From positions 10,168,001 to 10,232,000 of the forward strand of contig CATNEN010000003.1 in NCBI GenBank assembly GCA_950097015.1: a DNA stretch of 64,000 nt, in the 5' to 3' direction. A program made the translations under genes and the position numbers. This document shows, in pieces, positions 1 through 14,700 of the stretch; position 1 is the stretch's first letter; each line of letters opens with the position of its first letter. The notes beneath the pieces were generated by a model. It was not told the DNA's origin. It searched no databases and saw only the letters and a program-made list of their open reading frames with translations. This stretch comes from Macrostomum hystrix. Lineage: Eukaryota > Animalia > Platyhelminthes.

Positions 1-155
1 GTCCTACCCCCAGTGTACACACCCTCTCAACCAACCCCCAATTTCCTTCCCCCAATGCACACACCCTCCCAACCAACCCCCAGTTTCCTACCCCCAGTGT
101 ACACACCCTCTCAACCAACCCCCAATTTCCTACCCCCAATGCACACACCCTCCAA
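1..155. repeat. ~42-bp tandem repeat; same family as the IARS1 intron-9 repeat, inverted
   Basis: Unit cctacccccagtgtacacaccctctcaaccaacccccaatttc; its reverse complement matches 3005-3165. Confidence 0.8.
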
Positions 156-279
156 TCTTAGCCCAAGGGAAGCAAGTTCCGTGAAACAATTTATTATTAC
201 GGTTAATGATACAAATTAATAGCACACAATACTTTACGCAGGCACCATTGCTCTTTGTCTTGCAGTGTAAAAGCCTTAC

Positions 280-360
280 TGTACCTTGGAGATGGGTCTT
301 TTAGGGCCTAAATTGCACAACAAGCACCCCAAGCTTTCTCTCCGCTGCTGCGCGGTGGGT
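280..360 (-). mobile_element. 3' fragment of tRNA-derived SINE family A
   Basis: Minus strand cagcagcggagagaaagcttggggtgcttgttgtgcaatttaggccc matches the copies at 12840-12890 and 27640-27690. Confidence 0.7.
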
Positions 361-504
361 GGGTGTAGAGGCCTTACAACTGGAATCACGGTGCAATTTC
401 TATAATTTTTTTCTACGAATGCCTCTGGTTGAACCGATTCTTTGATTTGCTCAAACAACAGATCGCGAGTGTCACTTTCAGGTCAGCATAGAATTCCTCG
501 ATGA

Positions 505-1614
505 TCAGAACAATGCCCCGCCGCCAGAAAGCTCGTGACGTTTCGGGATCTCAATGAATGACAGCCAATCGGATTCGTATGTTGGCAGAAGGCCCATGCC
601 GTGGCACTTGTACAGAGCCAGAGCCAGTGCGGCAACATTGCCAAGCAGGTAGACAAACTTCTGCAGCAGGGCCTGATCTCCCTGGATCATGGCGAAGGTG
701 GGGCGCAGTGAGAATAGGGCCCTAACTGGCGATAGGAACATCATGACAATCATCATGATGGGAAATATCGATATGGAGCTGCCGGCCATCCACATGATGA
801 AGAAGTTCATTGGCAGCTGTCGTAGCGGGCCCAGGGCCACGTCCCAGCCGCGTTTGCTGATTAAACTGGCACCGTCGGCATCCTCGACGCGACCGACCGG
901 AGCCTGTACGGAAAGGAATGGTGTGCAAGAATAAGTGCGGATTTATGATATGATGAGGGACTATGATATATAGTCACATTTTATATGGTCACAGAAAAAT
1001 GGTGGTCTCGAAAATTTGAACGTCTCCGAAGAATAGAGGGTCTGGAAAATTTCAAGGAGACGGAGAATCGAGGGACTGGAAAATTTCAAGGTCATATAGA
1101 ATCGAGGGACTGGAAAATTTCACGGTATTAGAGAATCGAGGGACTGGAAAATTTCAAGGTCGTAGAGAATCGAGGGACTGGAAAATTTCACGGTCATAGA
1201 GAATCGAGGGACTGGAAAATTTCAAGGTCATAGAGAATCGAGGGACTGGAAAATTTCAAGGTCACGGAGAATCGAGGGACTGGAAAATTTCAAGGTCACG
1301 GAGAATCGAGGGACTCGAAAATTTCAAGGTCACGGAGAATCGAGGGACTGGAAAATTTCTGAATGTCCAGCTAATAATAATCTGGCTAGATAATTTTCGC
1401 ATTTATTAACCTGCTGATCGGAAAATCCTGGCGGTTTCTCTAGCTGCTGCTGCTGCTGCAGCTGCTGACCGGAGGAAGAAACCAAGGCAGAGCTTTGGCC
1501 ATTCATTCTCATAGCCCAACGACGGTGACTAGCGTTTAGTACGGCCACTACGGTTTCGGGACCCTGGGAGGCGGCCGGTGAGGCAACGGCCCCAGACGAA
1601 GAACGGTTGGCAGA
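505..1614 (-). CDS. EMC4: ER membrane protein complex subunit 4 (EMC4/TMEM85); exons 1614-1411 and 903-505
   Basis: Spliced translation ...HRRWAMRMN...PPGFSDQQ|APVGRVEDADGASLISKRGWDVALGPLRQLPMNFFIMWMAGSSISIFPIMM...GLLPTYESDWLSFIEIPKRHELSGGGALF matches the EMC4 family. Phase-0 GT/AG intron 904-1410. 5' end uncertain (first in-frame ATG at 1512). Confidence 0.93.
1010..1360. repeat. 34-bp minisatellite in the EMC4 intron
   Basis: gagaatcgagggactggaaaatttcaaggtcata repeated. Confidence 0.9.
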
Positions 1615-1649
1615 CTAGAAGAACATTATTTACAGTTTTTATATTTAAA

Positions 1650-1990
1650 GGTAATTATAAAGGAATAACAGGTGATGATAAAGGAATGACAGGTGATGAT
1701 TAAGGAATGACGGGTAATGATAAAGGAATGACAGGTGATGATTAAGGAATGACAGGTGATGATTAAATAATGACAGGTGATGATTAAATAATGACAGGTG
1801 ATGATTAAATAATGACAGGTGATGATTAAGGAATGACAGGTAATGATTAAGGAATGACAGGTGATGATTAAATAATGACAGGTGATGATTAAAGAATGAC
1901 AGGTGATGATTAAAGAATGACAGGTGATGATTAAGGAATGACAGGTAATGATTAAGGAATGACAGGTGATAATTAAAGAATGACAGATAC
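1650..1990. repeat. 21-bp minisatellite between IARS1 and EMC4
   Basis: aatgacaggtgatgattaagg repeated. Confidence 0.9.
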
Positions 1991-2775
1991 ACAGATTATC
2001 TAAGCAAGTGTCTTATCTGACTAATCTAGTCTTAGCATAAAACCTTCGTTGAATTAGTATTTTCTATTCACAATTAAAGAAATATTGTTCTAATCAAAGT
2101 GCTTTTAAATTTTATTTTCTTATATTTCAGTACTCAAAATAAAATAATTAATGTAAAAGTGGGAAAAAACAAAGACATGTCAATAATTAAACTTAGGAGT
2201 AGCTTTTTCTATCCAATAAATTTCGTCAATCTTTTTATTAGCAACACTTGAAGAGCAATGACCAAGGTTTGATAGGCTACAGAACAACTTGCAGTTTTTT
2301 AATTATTATATATCGATATGGGAGCAAATTTTCGGTTGCTGATAAAACAATTTTTGTTAATTATTTATCTCAAATAAGTTTTTTAATCGTAGGCTTTATT
2401 TTCACATTTTAAACAATTTTCAGCAGTGAAAGCTGTTTTAACCAGTCTGTCAGATTGGCTAACTAGACCGGGTTGCTAATGACATCGAAATTCGTTGCTA
2501 AGCAGTTAAATTTGATTTCTCTTAATAAAAGTTGAACTTTTTAAAACCAGAAAAACATTGGAACAAAAACAAAAGGAAAAGTTATCGAAATAGTAAAGAC
2601 AAAAAACCCGATTAATTCTAGGAAAACGGAGTTAAAATTGAATTTTTTCAATTTAACTTTTAGTTAAATAACACACACACACACACACACACAGACAAGT
2701 GTCCATTGTCTTGAAGCTGTTCCGCAAAAAAAAACTACAACAATCGGCGCTAAAGCAACTCGCAAAGCTTAGAAA

Positions 2776-5700
2776 TCATTTTAGGCCAACGTAGACCACT
2801 TTCTGGCTTAGCTCCTCGGTGGAGTTGCAATTGTGCGCGTTCAACAGCGTCTGCAGCTCAGCGTCCCGATAGAGACGAACGTCGCGTCCGGCCTCGATCA
2901 GGTTGAAGAGAACCTCCGCCTGGATGGAGGGTAGGAGAGAATCCCTGGTTAGAAAATCAGGGGTTGGGTTGGGAGTGAGGGAGGGTGGGGAGGAGGAAGG
3001 AGGGAGGAGGGTGTGTACATAGGGGGCAGGAAATCGGGGGTTGGTTAGGAGGGTGTGTACATAGGGAGCAGGAAATCAGGGGTTGGTTAGGAGAGTGTGT
3101 ACATTCGGGGTAGGAAATCGGGGGTTGGTTAGGAGGGTGTGTACATTGCGGGTAGGAAATCAGGGGCTAGTTGGGAGGGGCTTTCATCGGAGGCATTGTA
3201 CACTGTGATTAAATATCGCACCTCCTTCAGCAGTCTATTCATGCTGATCAGCGATCCATCGGACGGATCTCGCAGGCGCACAGCACGCTCCTCCTTTCCG
3301 TAACGCAGACGCAGTTCATCCTTATTGCCGCCCGATAAAGCAGCGACAGATTTAGCCCCGACTTGACTGGCCTGCTTTTGCTGATGACTCGAAGCATTTT
3401 CGGCAGCCGAAAAAATCCACAAATCCAAATTGCCAGCCTCTTTTATGCTGCACTGCTCGTGCACAATAGCCTGTTGCAGATTTACCTTCTGCGGTGTGAT
3501 AGCACAATGAGTCAGTCGAACCTTCGGCAAGTTAGAATACTTATCTCTACTTACCTCTCCTATCCCTAGCTTCCTTTCCTTTATCTAGCTATAGCCTATC
3601 CCTCTCTACCTATTTCTGCCGACTACCGCCTCTGCCCTCTCCCTTATCAACCTACCTCTCCCTTATCAACCTACCTCTCCCTTATCAACCTACCTCTCCC
3701 TTATCAACCTACCTCTCCCTTATCAACCTACCTCTCCCTTATCAACCTACCTCTCCCTTATCAACCTACCTCTCCCTTATCAACCTACCTCTCCCTTATC
3801 AACCTACCTCTCCCTTATTAACCTACCTCTCCCGTGTCAACCTACCTCTCCCGTGTCAACCTACCTCTCCCGTGTCAACCTACCTATCCCATGTAAACCT
3901 GTCTCTACCGTATCAACCTACGTCCGTCTAATCAACCTACCTCTCCTGTATCAACCTACCTCTCCCTTATCAACCTACCTCTCCCGTGTCAACCTACCTA
4001 TCCCATGTAAACCTGTCTCTACCGTATCAACCTTCCTCTCCTGTATCAACCTACCTCTCCTGTATCAACCTACCTCTCCCTTATCAACCTACCTCTCCGT
4101 TATCAACCTACCTCTCCCTTATCAACCTACCTCTCCCTTATCAACCTACCTCTCCCTTATCAACCTACCTCTCCCGTGTCAACCTACCTATCCCATGTAA
4201 ACCTGTCTCTACCGTATCAACCTACCTCTCCTGTATCAACCTACCTCTCCTGTATCAACCTACCTCTCCTGTATCAACCTACCTCTCCTGTATCAACCTA
4301 CCTCTCCTGTATCAACCTACCTCTCCCTTATCAACCTACCTCTCCGTTATCAACCTAACTCTCCCTTATCAACCTACCTCTCCCTTATCAACCTACCTCT
4401 CCCTTATCAACCTACCTCTCCCTTATCAACCTACCTCTCCCTTATCAACCTACCTCTCCCTTATCAACCTACCTCTCCCTTATCAACCTACCTCTCCCTT
4501 ATCAACCTACCTCTCCCTTATCAACCTACCTCTCCCTTATCAACCTACCTCTCCCTTATCAACCTACCTCTCCCGTGTCAACCTACCTCTCCCTTATCAA
4601 CCTACCTCTCCCTTATCAACCTACCTCTCCGTTATCAACCTACCTCTCCGTTATCAACCTACCTCTCCCTTATCAACCTACCTCTCTCTTATCAACCTAC
4701 CTCTCCGTTATCAACCTACCTCTCCCTTATCAACCTAGCTCTCCCTTATCAACCTAGCTCTCCCTTATCAACCTACCTCTCCCTTATCAACCTACCTCTC
4801 CCTTATCAACCTACCTCTCCCTTATCAACCTACCTCTCCCTTATCAACCTACCTCTCCCTTATCAACCTACCTCTCCCTTATCAACCTACCTCTCCCTTA
4901 TCAACCTACCTCTCCCTTATCAACCTACCTCTCCCTTATCAACCTACATCTCCCTTATCAACCTACCTCTCCCTTATCAACCTACCTCTCCCTTATCAAC
5001 CTACCTCTCCCTTATCAACCTACCTCTCCGTTATCAACCTACCTCTCCCTTATCAACATACCTCTCCGTTATCAACCTACCTCGCCCTTATCAACCTACC
5101 TCTCCGTTATCAACCTACCTCTCCCTTATCAACCTACCTCTCCCTTATCAACCTACCTCTCTCTTATCAACCTACCTCTCCCTTATCAACCTAGCTCTCC
5201 CTTATCAACCTACCTCTCCCTTATCAACCTAGCTCTCCCTTATCAACCTAGCTCTCCCTTATCAACCTACCTCTCCGTTATCAACCTACCTCTCCCTTAT
5301 CAACCTACCTCTCCCTTATCAACCTACCTCTCCCTTATCAACCTACCTCTCTCTTATCAACCTACCTCTCCCTTATCAACCTAGCTCTCCCTTATCAACC
5401 TAGCTCTCCCTTATCAACCTAGCTCTCCCTTATCAACCTACCTCTCCCTTATCAACCTACCTCTCCCTTATCAACCTACCTCTCCTGTATCAACCTACCA
5501 TTCCCGCCTCAACCGACCTCTTCCGCCTTAAAATACAATTCTTTACTCACTCAACCTCTCTCCAAAAAACATTTCTCCCTAATTGACAAAGCAGGCCAAC
5601 CAACCTGTCCCGCCTCGTCAACATTGAGCATTGGCTGTCGCACAGTCTCGAAGATGAATTCTGCAAAGTCTTTGACAACGCTGGCCAGATCTCCGCTGCC

Positions 5701-8700
5701 ACCGCTGCCTCGATAATAGATTTGAATGGCATCGCTAGGCTGCAGGCCGGCTCGCTTCCTTAGCTTCTGCACCCGGTTGACAACTTCGCGAGCCAGTCCC
5801 TCCCGCTGCATGCTGGCATCCGGCGTGATGTCCAACAGAACCAGAAGGTTCAGCGACTGATCGACGTGGCAGTCCAGGCCGCCACTGCCACCGTCGCCGC
5901 CTTCAGCTCTCAAGGACACGGACATTTCAGCTAGGACGGGACGGGGAAAGCTACTTGAGAAAGTGATTTTAAGGATCGCTCATTTACCCGCTTTTCCCCT
6001 TTGTTGTCTTACGAAAGTGTTTTTATCCTAAAGTCTCTGTCCTACTAACCAATGTGTTTTTATCCCAAACTCTCTCCTACTAACCAATGTGTTTTTATCC
6101 CAAACTCTCTCCTACTAACCAATGTGTTTTTATCCCAAACTCTCTCCTACTAACCAATGTGCTTTTATCCCAAACTCTCTCCTACTAACCAATGTGTTTT
6201 TATCCCAAACTCTCTCCAACTAAAGAACGCCCACTTACAGGCATCGATCACGTGACCACCCGGCAGCACCAGGGTGCCGGCGCGTTGAAATTCCTCCAGC
6301 GCGGAGGCAGGCAGAGATCTCAGATTCTCCTGAATCTGCTTGTAGGCGCCGCGAAATTTGGCGCCTAGTAGCTTGTGATTCGGCTCGGCACGCAGGCTAA
6401 CTTTGTATGCCTCCTTATCTTTGGTCACAACCAGCTGGCGAACATTCAACTCCTGGTGGTTTGAGTCGATGGTGAAAGGAGAATCAATTCGAGATTGGTG
6501 GAACACTAGGAAAAATATTTAGACTTATCGACAATCTCCAGGATAAAATAAGATTAAGATCGATAATCACTGATCCCATTAGGGTCGATAATCAACTGAT
6601 CCCATTAGGGTCGATAATCAGTGATCAAATTAGAATCGATAATCAGTGATCCCATTAGAATCGATAATCAATGATCCCATACGAATCGATAATCAGTGAT
6701 CAAATTAGAATCGATAATCAATGATCCCATTAGAATCCATAATCAGTGATCCCATTAGAATCGATAATCAGTGATCCCATTAGAATCGATAATCAATGAT
6801 CCCATACGAATCGATAATCAGTGATCAAATTAGAATCGATAATCAATGATCCCATTAGAATCCATAATCAATGATCCCATTAGAATCGATAATCAACGAT
6901 CCCATTAGAATCCATAATCAGTGATCCCATTAGAATCGATAATCAGTGATCCCATTAGAATCGATAATCAATGATCCCATACGAATCGATAATCAGTGAT
7001 CAAATTAGAATCGATAATCAATGATCCCATTAGAATCGATAATCAATGATCCCATAAGAATCGATAATCAGTGATCAAATTAGAATCCATAATCAATGAT
7101 CCCATTAGAATCCATAATCAGTGATCAAATTAGAATCGATAATCAATGATCCCATTAGAATCGATAATCAATGATCCCATAAGAATCGATAATCAGTGAT
7201 CAAATTAGAATCCATAATCAATGATCCCATAAGAATCGATAATCAGTGATCAAATTAGAATCGATAATCAATGATCCCATTAGAATCCATAATCAGTGAT
7301 CAAATTAGAATCGATAATCAGTGATCCCATTAGAATCGATAATCAATGATCCCATAAGAATCGATAATCAGTGATCAAATTAGAATCGATAATCAATGAT
7401 CCCATTAGAATCCATAATCAGTGATCCCATTAGAATCGATAATCAGTGATCCCATAAGAATCGATAATCAGTGATCAAATTAGAGTCGATAATCAATGAT
7501 CCCATTAGAATCCATAATCAATGATCAAATTAGAATCGATAATCAATGATCCCATAAGAATCGATAATCAGTGATCCCATAAGAATCGATAATCAATGAT
7601 CCCATTAGAATCGATAATCAATGATCCCATTAGAATCGATAATCAGTGATCCCATTAGAATCGATAATCAGTGATCCCATTAGAATCGATAATCAGTGAT
7701 CAAATTAGAATCGATAATCAGTGATCCCATTAGAATCTATACTTACTCATCATCATCGATCTCATTCTTACTGATCAATACTGAGCAGTATTCCAGGTTC
7801 ACAGGTTATTTATACTACTATGAGTAGGCACAGTGAGTAGCAATCAGCTCACCTCGAGAATGTAAGTCTCCATCGACTGAACAGCCTGCAGCACCCGATC
7901 GTCCGTGTGCACCACAATGACCCTACTAAGCGGATACTTCACTGGCAGGGTGTTTCGGTCGCGCACAATGCGACCCAGAGAGATCACCGACTGCATGTGG
8001 GTGACGCAGAACTCGATTTCATCGTCAATGGCGGATTCACTTAAGAGATTAAATATAGTAGAGTTTGTTGCAACAATGATGATTAAGGGGATTGATCTAA
8101 CTTATTTTAAACAAAGTTGATATTAAAAAGCAGACCGTCTCAGAATCCCAAGCGGGGATCAAAGACCACAATACTGTTTCAGAATCCCAAAAGGGGATCA
8201 AAGACCACATACTGTTTCAGAATCCCAAAAGGGGATCAAAGACCACATACTGTTTCAGAATCCCAAAAGGGGATCAAAGACCACATACTGTCTCAGAATC
8301 CCAAGCGGGGATCAAATATCACATACTGTCCCAGAATCCCAAAAGGGGATCAAAGACCACATACTGTTTCAGAATCCCAAGCGGGGATTAAAGACCACAT
8401 ACTGTTTCAGAATCCCAAAAGGGGATCAAAGACCACATACTGTTTCAGAATCCCAAAAGGGGATCAAATATCACATACTGTCTCAGAATCCCAAAAGGGG
8501 ATCAAATATCACATACTGTCTCAGAATCTCAAGCGGGGATCAAAGACCACATACTGTCTCAGAATCTCAAGCGGGGATCAAAGACCACATACTGTCTCAG
8601 AATCTCAAGCGGGGATCAAAGACCACATACTGTTTCAGAATCCCAAAAGGGGATCAAAGACCACATACTGTCTCAGAATCCCAAGCGGGGATCAAATATC

Positions 8701-11700
8701 ACATACTGTCCCAGAATCCCAAAAGGGGATCAAAGACCACATACTGTCTCAGAATACCAAGAGGGAATTAAAGACCACATACTGTTTCAGAATCCCAAGC
8801 GGGGATCAAAGACCACATACTGTCTCAGAATACCAAGAGGGAATTAAAGACCACATACTGTCTCAGAATCTCAAGAGGGGATCAAAGATTACATACTGTC
8901 TCAGAATCCCAAAAGGGGATCAAAGACCACATACTGTTTCAGAATCCCAAAAGGGGATCAAAGACCACATACTGTCTCAGAATCCCAAAAGGGGATCAAA
9001 TATCACATACTGTCCCAGAATCCCAAAAGGGGATCAAAGACCACATACTGTCTCAGAATACCAAGAGGGAATTAAAGACCACATACTGTCTCAGAATCCC
9101 AAAAGGGGATCAAAGACCACATACTGTCTCAGAATCCCAAAAGGGGATCAAAGACCACATACTGTTTCAGAATCCCAAGCGGGGATTAAAGACCACATAC
9201 TGTTTCAGAATCCCAAAAGGGGATTAAAGACCACATACTGTCTCAGAATCCCAAGAGGATTAAAGACCACATACTGTAGAATCCCAGGAGGGGATTAAAG
9301 ACCACATACTGTCTCAGAATCCCAAGAGGGGATTAAAGACCACATACTGTCTCAGAATCCCAAGAGGGGATTAAAGACCACATACTGTCTCAGAATCTCA
9401 AGAGGGGATTAAAGACCACATACTGTCTCAGAATCCCAAGAGGATTAAAGACCACATACTGTAGAATCCCAAGAGGGGATTAAAGACCACATACTGTCTC
9501 AGAATCCCAAGAGGGGATTAAAGACCACATACTGTCTCAGAATCCCAAGAGGGGATCAAAGACCACATACTGTCTCAGAATCTCAAGAGGGGATCAAAGA
9601 CAGTCAAGAAAAATATGGGATAATTTCCGAATCACAAAAGGGGATCAAATTCGGGGTCAATTCAGAAATTCGGGGGGGAAATAAGGAATATTGTTATGAA
9701 TCACTCACTCAGCGCAAGGCAAGTCCAGAAAGTGCACACTAGCAGCCTCCTCTGATGGCGCCTTCTCCAGAAAGGTGACCAGCCGCTGATAGAAGAACTC
9801 AGCAGTGAATGGCACAAATGGAGCCAGCAGGCAAGATAGCTCGTACAGCACGTAGAACAGTGTGTTCAGAGCGGCTGGCTCAGCATCGCGCAGTCGTTTC
9901 CGGTTCATCCGGATGTACCAGTTGGTGAGGTTGTCAACAAAGGTCACCAGACGGGGCAGCACGGTGTACAGACGGTAGGCTGCCATTTCTTCGCGCAGAT
10001 AGCGAACAACAGACTGCGAGTAGGATAGAATCCACCGATCCATGACATTGTCGGAGTTCGGGTGACCCTGGCCGGAGCTGCCCGGCTGTTGAAAATCACT
10101 CCTGGACCCGGCGTTCTGATCGAAGAAACGAAGAGCATTGTAAAGCGGCAGGAAGACATCCTTGACAACGTCCTTTACTCCGGCTTCGTTGAAGCGCAAA
10201 TTTTCCGCACGCACAACTGGCGAGTTGATTAGATACAGTCGGAGGGCATCGGCTCCGTGGCTCTTCACAATCTCCATGGGATCTGGATAATTCTTCTTTC
10301 GCTTCGACATCTTCTGCCCGTCGGCGGCTGAGGGGGTTGGAGATGCAGTTAATTGATTATCACAGCTATGGGATTACTGATGAGCACAGCAATGGGATTA
10401 TAGATGAGCACAGCTATGAGAACATATTTGAGCACAGCAATGGGATTATAGATGAGCAAAGCTATGGGATTATAGATGAGCAGAGCTATGGGATTATAGA
10501 TGAGCACAGCTATGGGATTATGTACAGATGAGCTCAGCAATGGTATTATAGATGAGCACAGCTATGGGATTATGTACAGATGAGCACAGCTATGGGATTA
10601 TAGATGAGCACAGCTATGGGATTATAGATGAGCACAGCTATGGGATTATGTACAGATGAGCACAGCAATGGTATTATAGATGAGCACAGATATGAGAACA
10701 TATTTGAGCACAGCAATGGGATTATAGATGAGCACAGATATGAGAACATATTTGAGCACAGCAATGGGATTATAGATGAGCACAGATATGAGAACATATT
10801 TGAGCACAGCAATGGGATTATAGATGAGCACAGATATGAGAACATATTTGAGCACAGCTATGGGATTATAGATGAGCACAGCTATGGAATTATAGATGAG
10901 CACAGCAATGGGATTATATATAAGCACAGATATGAGAACATATTTGAGCACAGCAATGGGATTATAGATGAGCACAGCTATGGGATTATATATAAGCACA
11001 GATATGAGAACATATTTGAGCACAGCAATGGGATTATAGATGAGCACAGATATGAGAACATATTTGAGCACAGCAATGGGATTATAGATGAGCACAGATA
11101 TGAGAACATATTTGAGCACAGCAATGGGATTATAGATGAGTACAGCTATGGGATTATAGATGAGCACAGCTATGGGATTATGTACAGATGAGCACAGCTA
11201 TGGGATTATAGATGAGCACAGCTATGGGATTATAGATGAGCACAGCTATGGGATTATGTACAGATGAGCACAGCTATGGGATTATAGATGAGCACAGCTA
11301 TGGGATTATGTACAGATGAGCACAGCTATGGGATTATAGATGAGCACAGCTATGGGATTATAGATGAGCACAGCTATGGGATTATAGATGAGCACAGCTA
11401 TGGGATTATAGATGAGCACAGCTATGGGATTATAGATGAGCACAGCTATGGGATTATAGATGAGCACAGCTATGGGATTATGTACAGATGAGCACAGCTA
11501 TGGGATTATAGATGAGCACAGCTATGGGATTATAGATGAGTACAGCAATGGGATTATAGATGAGTACAGCTATGGGATTACAGATGAGCACAGCTATGGG
11601 ATTATAGATGAGCACAGCAATGGGATTATATATGAGCACAGATATGAGAACATATTTGAGCACAGCAATGGGATTATAGATGAGTACATATATGAGAACA

Positions 11701-14700
11701 TATTTGAGTTCCAAAGTAGGTGCACTCACCCAGCACAATGCCATTAACAATTAGGTTGCGAAATGGCGGTTTGCCAAACAGTGCGGTAGAAATAACCAAC
11801 AGGGTATAGAACCAGCCTCTAGTCTGGTCGATGCCTTCGGCTATGAAATCAGCTGGGAAGGCATCTTCGAAGTCCTTGGCCCGTTCGAACGGATAGTGAC
11901 TCTGAGCGTAGGGCATGCTGCCGGATTCGAACCAGCAATCAAACACTTCCGGAATGCGGCGCAGCTTGCCCTTGCCCAATTGGGACGGGATTTCGATATT
12001 GTCAACACTCTCACGATGTAGATCGGTGACGCGAACTCCGGACAGCTCGGCCAGTTCGTCTATGGAGCCGATGCAGACCACCTGACAATGAGGTTAAATT
12101 GATCTCAATCCTTGCTTCATAATAAACTAATCAAGGTTTATCCCACAATAAAAAATCCTCATCATCATTTCATCATTCCTATCCCATTTCTCCCCACCCT
12201 CTGATCCCATTTCTTGCACTCTGTTTATATTTCTAACATACCACCTTTGATCCCATTTCTTCGTACCCTCCGCCTTCACACCTTCAGATCCAATTAGTCC
12301 CACCGTCTCAAAGATCCCATTTCTACCACAATCTCTCAGATCCCATTTCTCCCACCCTCTCTCAGATCCCATTTCTCCCACCCTCTTTCAGCTCCCATTT
12401 TTCCCACCCTCTTTCAGATCCCATTTCTCCCACCTTCTTTCAGATCCCATTTCTACCACCCTCTTTCAGATCCCATTTCTCCCACCTTCTTTCAGATCCC
12501 ATTTCTACCACCCTCTCCTAGATCCAATTTCTCCCATCCTCTATCAGATCCCATTTCTCGCACCTCTTCGCCGTCTTCGCTAACCCACAGCGGTATTGGA
12601 GTGCCCCAGTAACGGTTGCGCGAGATGGCCCAATCCCGGGCGCCGGCTAGCCAATTGGCGAAGCGCTTCTCTTGAACGTACTTTGGCACCTGCAGCGGTG
12701 GATTTTAAGAATGCTCATAGTTATTGAAAGTGTAATTACATTTTCTGGAAACGCTGAGGGCACTAAAAAGTGGCCTCTCGCACCAAGATCCCTGAGTTCG
12801 ATTCCGCGGCGAGGCCACATTTATTGCGGCGTGGCGCAGCAGCGGAGAGAAGGTTTGGGGTGCTTGTCATGCAATTTACGCCCTTAATGGCTAAACTCAA
12901 AGGCACAGCGAGAGTGTACACTGCTTGAGAAAGTCAGGGCAGATGTAACACACCTGCGTGTGTTTGTGCTCAGGAGTCAGCGAAATGGGCAGAATTGCCT
13001 CCTCGCTGGCTGCGGGTCTAGTGTCATCAAATTTGCCATTGCCTGCATCCCTCCTGCAACAATTATATTTATTATCAAATTACTATTTATATTAACTGAT
13101 TACACCAGTAGCAATCGGGCCATATATGCATATATATATATATATGAAGGCGGCGCCACATCCACCCTCAATTAGCCCCAACTGAAGCTGCTACTCATTT
13201 AACAGCTGGGTGAACTGAAGCAATGCGGAGTTAAAAAGTCTAGCTAAATCGAACCCCCGACTTTCAAGTCGTACGCATCAAACGAATGTGGCCTCGCCGC
13301 GGATTCGAACTCGAGGCTTTTGTTGCAAGTGTCGGACGTGTTACCACTTAATAAATAATAATAAATAATAATTGATTAAATCTGCCCCAATTGGGTCAGA
13401 TGTGCAGCCGACAGCACAGCCGCAGCTAATGCGCGGCGCATCTGAAGGCTGCGTACAGCTGTTCAGTCCACGGACTGGGGGGACGCCCAACCCACCTTTA
13501 ACTATCCCAGCTGATGCTGGTACCCATTTAACAGCTGGGTGAACTGAAGCAATGCAGAGTTAAGTGTCTTGCTAAAGGACGCAAATTGTTCGAGTGGAGT
13601 CGGGAATCGAACCCCCGACCTTCAAATCGTGAGTCCGACGCCCTAACCACTAGGCTACAACCTCTACCACTTAAAAAACACCAAATCTCACCCAGTAGCT
13701 CTTCTGATTATTGTCCAACAGTTGCTGGGCAATGTCTTCGACTCGAACAAACCAGCTGGGCACAGCTTTATAGATCAACGGCGTATCCGAGCGCCAGCAG
13801 AACGGATAATTATGTCCGATGCTGGAATGGCTGATCAGTCGGCCCAGCTTCTTCAACAATTCGCAGATGTGCTTATCAGCCTCTTTGACGTGTTGGCCAT
13901 GAAAGTCGGGCACTTCCTCTGTGAAACGGCCGCTCGCGTCCACTGGACAGACTAGGCGACTGTCTCTGGCGATGATGCCATACCTCAGGCAGACTCTGTA
14001 ATCGTCCTCGCCGTGATAAGGAGCCTGGTGTACAACACCGGTGCCGCTATCGTCAGTGACGTAGGTGTCGCACAGTACCCGAAAAGCGCCACGCTCAGCT
14101 TTCAGACTGGCAAAGTAGGGCAACAATGGCTTATAGGTTTTGCCTTCCAGTTTGCTGCCGGGAAATTTTTCTTCAATTTCGTAGGCGCTCGAGTCTTCCG
14201 GTTTGTACAAGGCGCAGAGCCTGGCCTCCATCATGATGTAGACTGAACCAGATTTGGCATCACGCACTCGAACATAATTCATCTCCGGATGAACGCATAG
14301 AGCCAAATTGCTAGGCAATGTCCAAGGCGTTGTTGTCCATGCCAACAGGGCAACGCTAGGTTCATCGTCTAGCGGAAATGACACAACAATGGCCGGATCA
14401 TCAACCATCTTGTAGTTCTGACCGGCTTCAAAGTTAGATAGAGGCGTACTGCAAGCCGTGCTATATGGCATGACTTTGACGCCGCGATAAACTAGGCCTT
14501 TGTGATAGAGCTGGCTGAATACCCACCAGACACTTTCCATGAAGCTGGGGTACATTGTTTTGTAGTCGTTCTCGAAGTCAATCCAACGACCAATTCGTTT
14601 CACGATGCGCTGGATGGTGCCATGAATTGTATAGCGGGGAATAATGATCTGGTTTGCTAATTAGACTTCTCACCTGCGTGACTCTGGTCATAATTAGACT

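Noticed and set aside
8117-9298. 393-aa plus-strand ORF inside IARS1
   Set aside because: 38-bp intronic satellite
13590-13660. tRNA gene
   Set aside because: tRNA-like A/B boxes continue into a CORE-like SINE body with other degenerate copies; no clean cloverleaf
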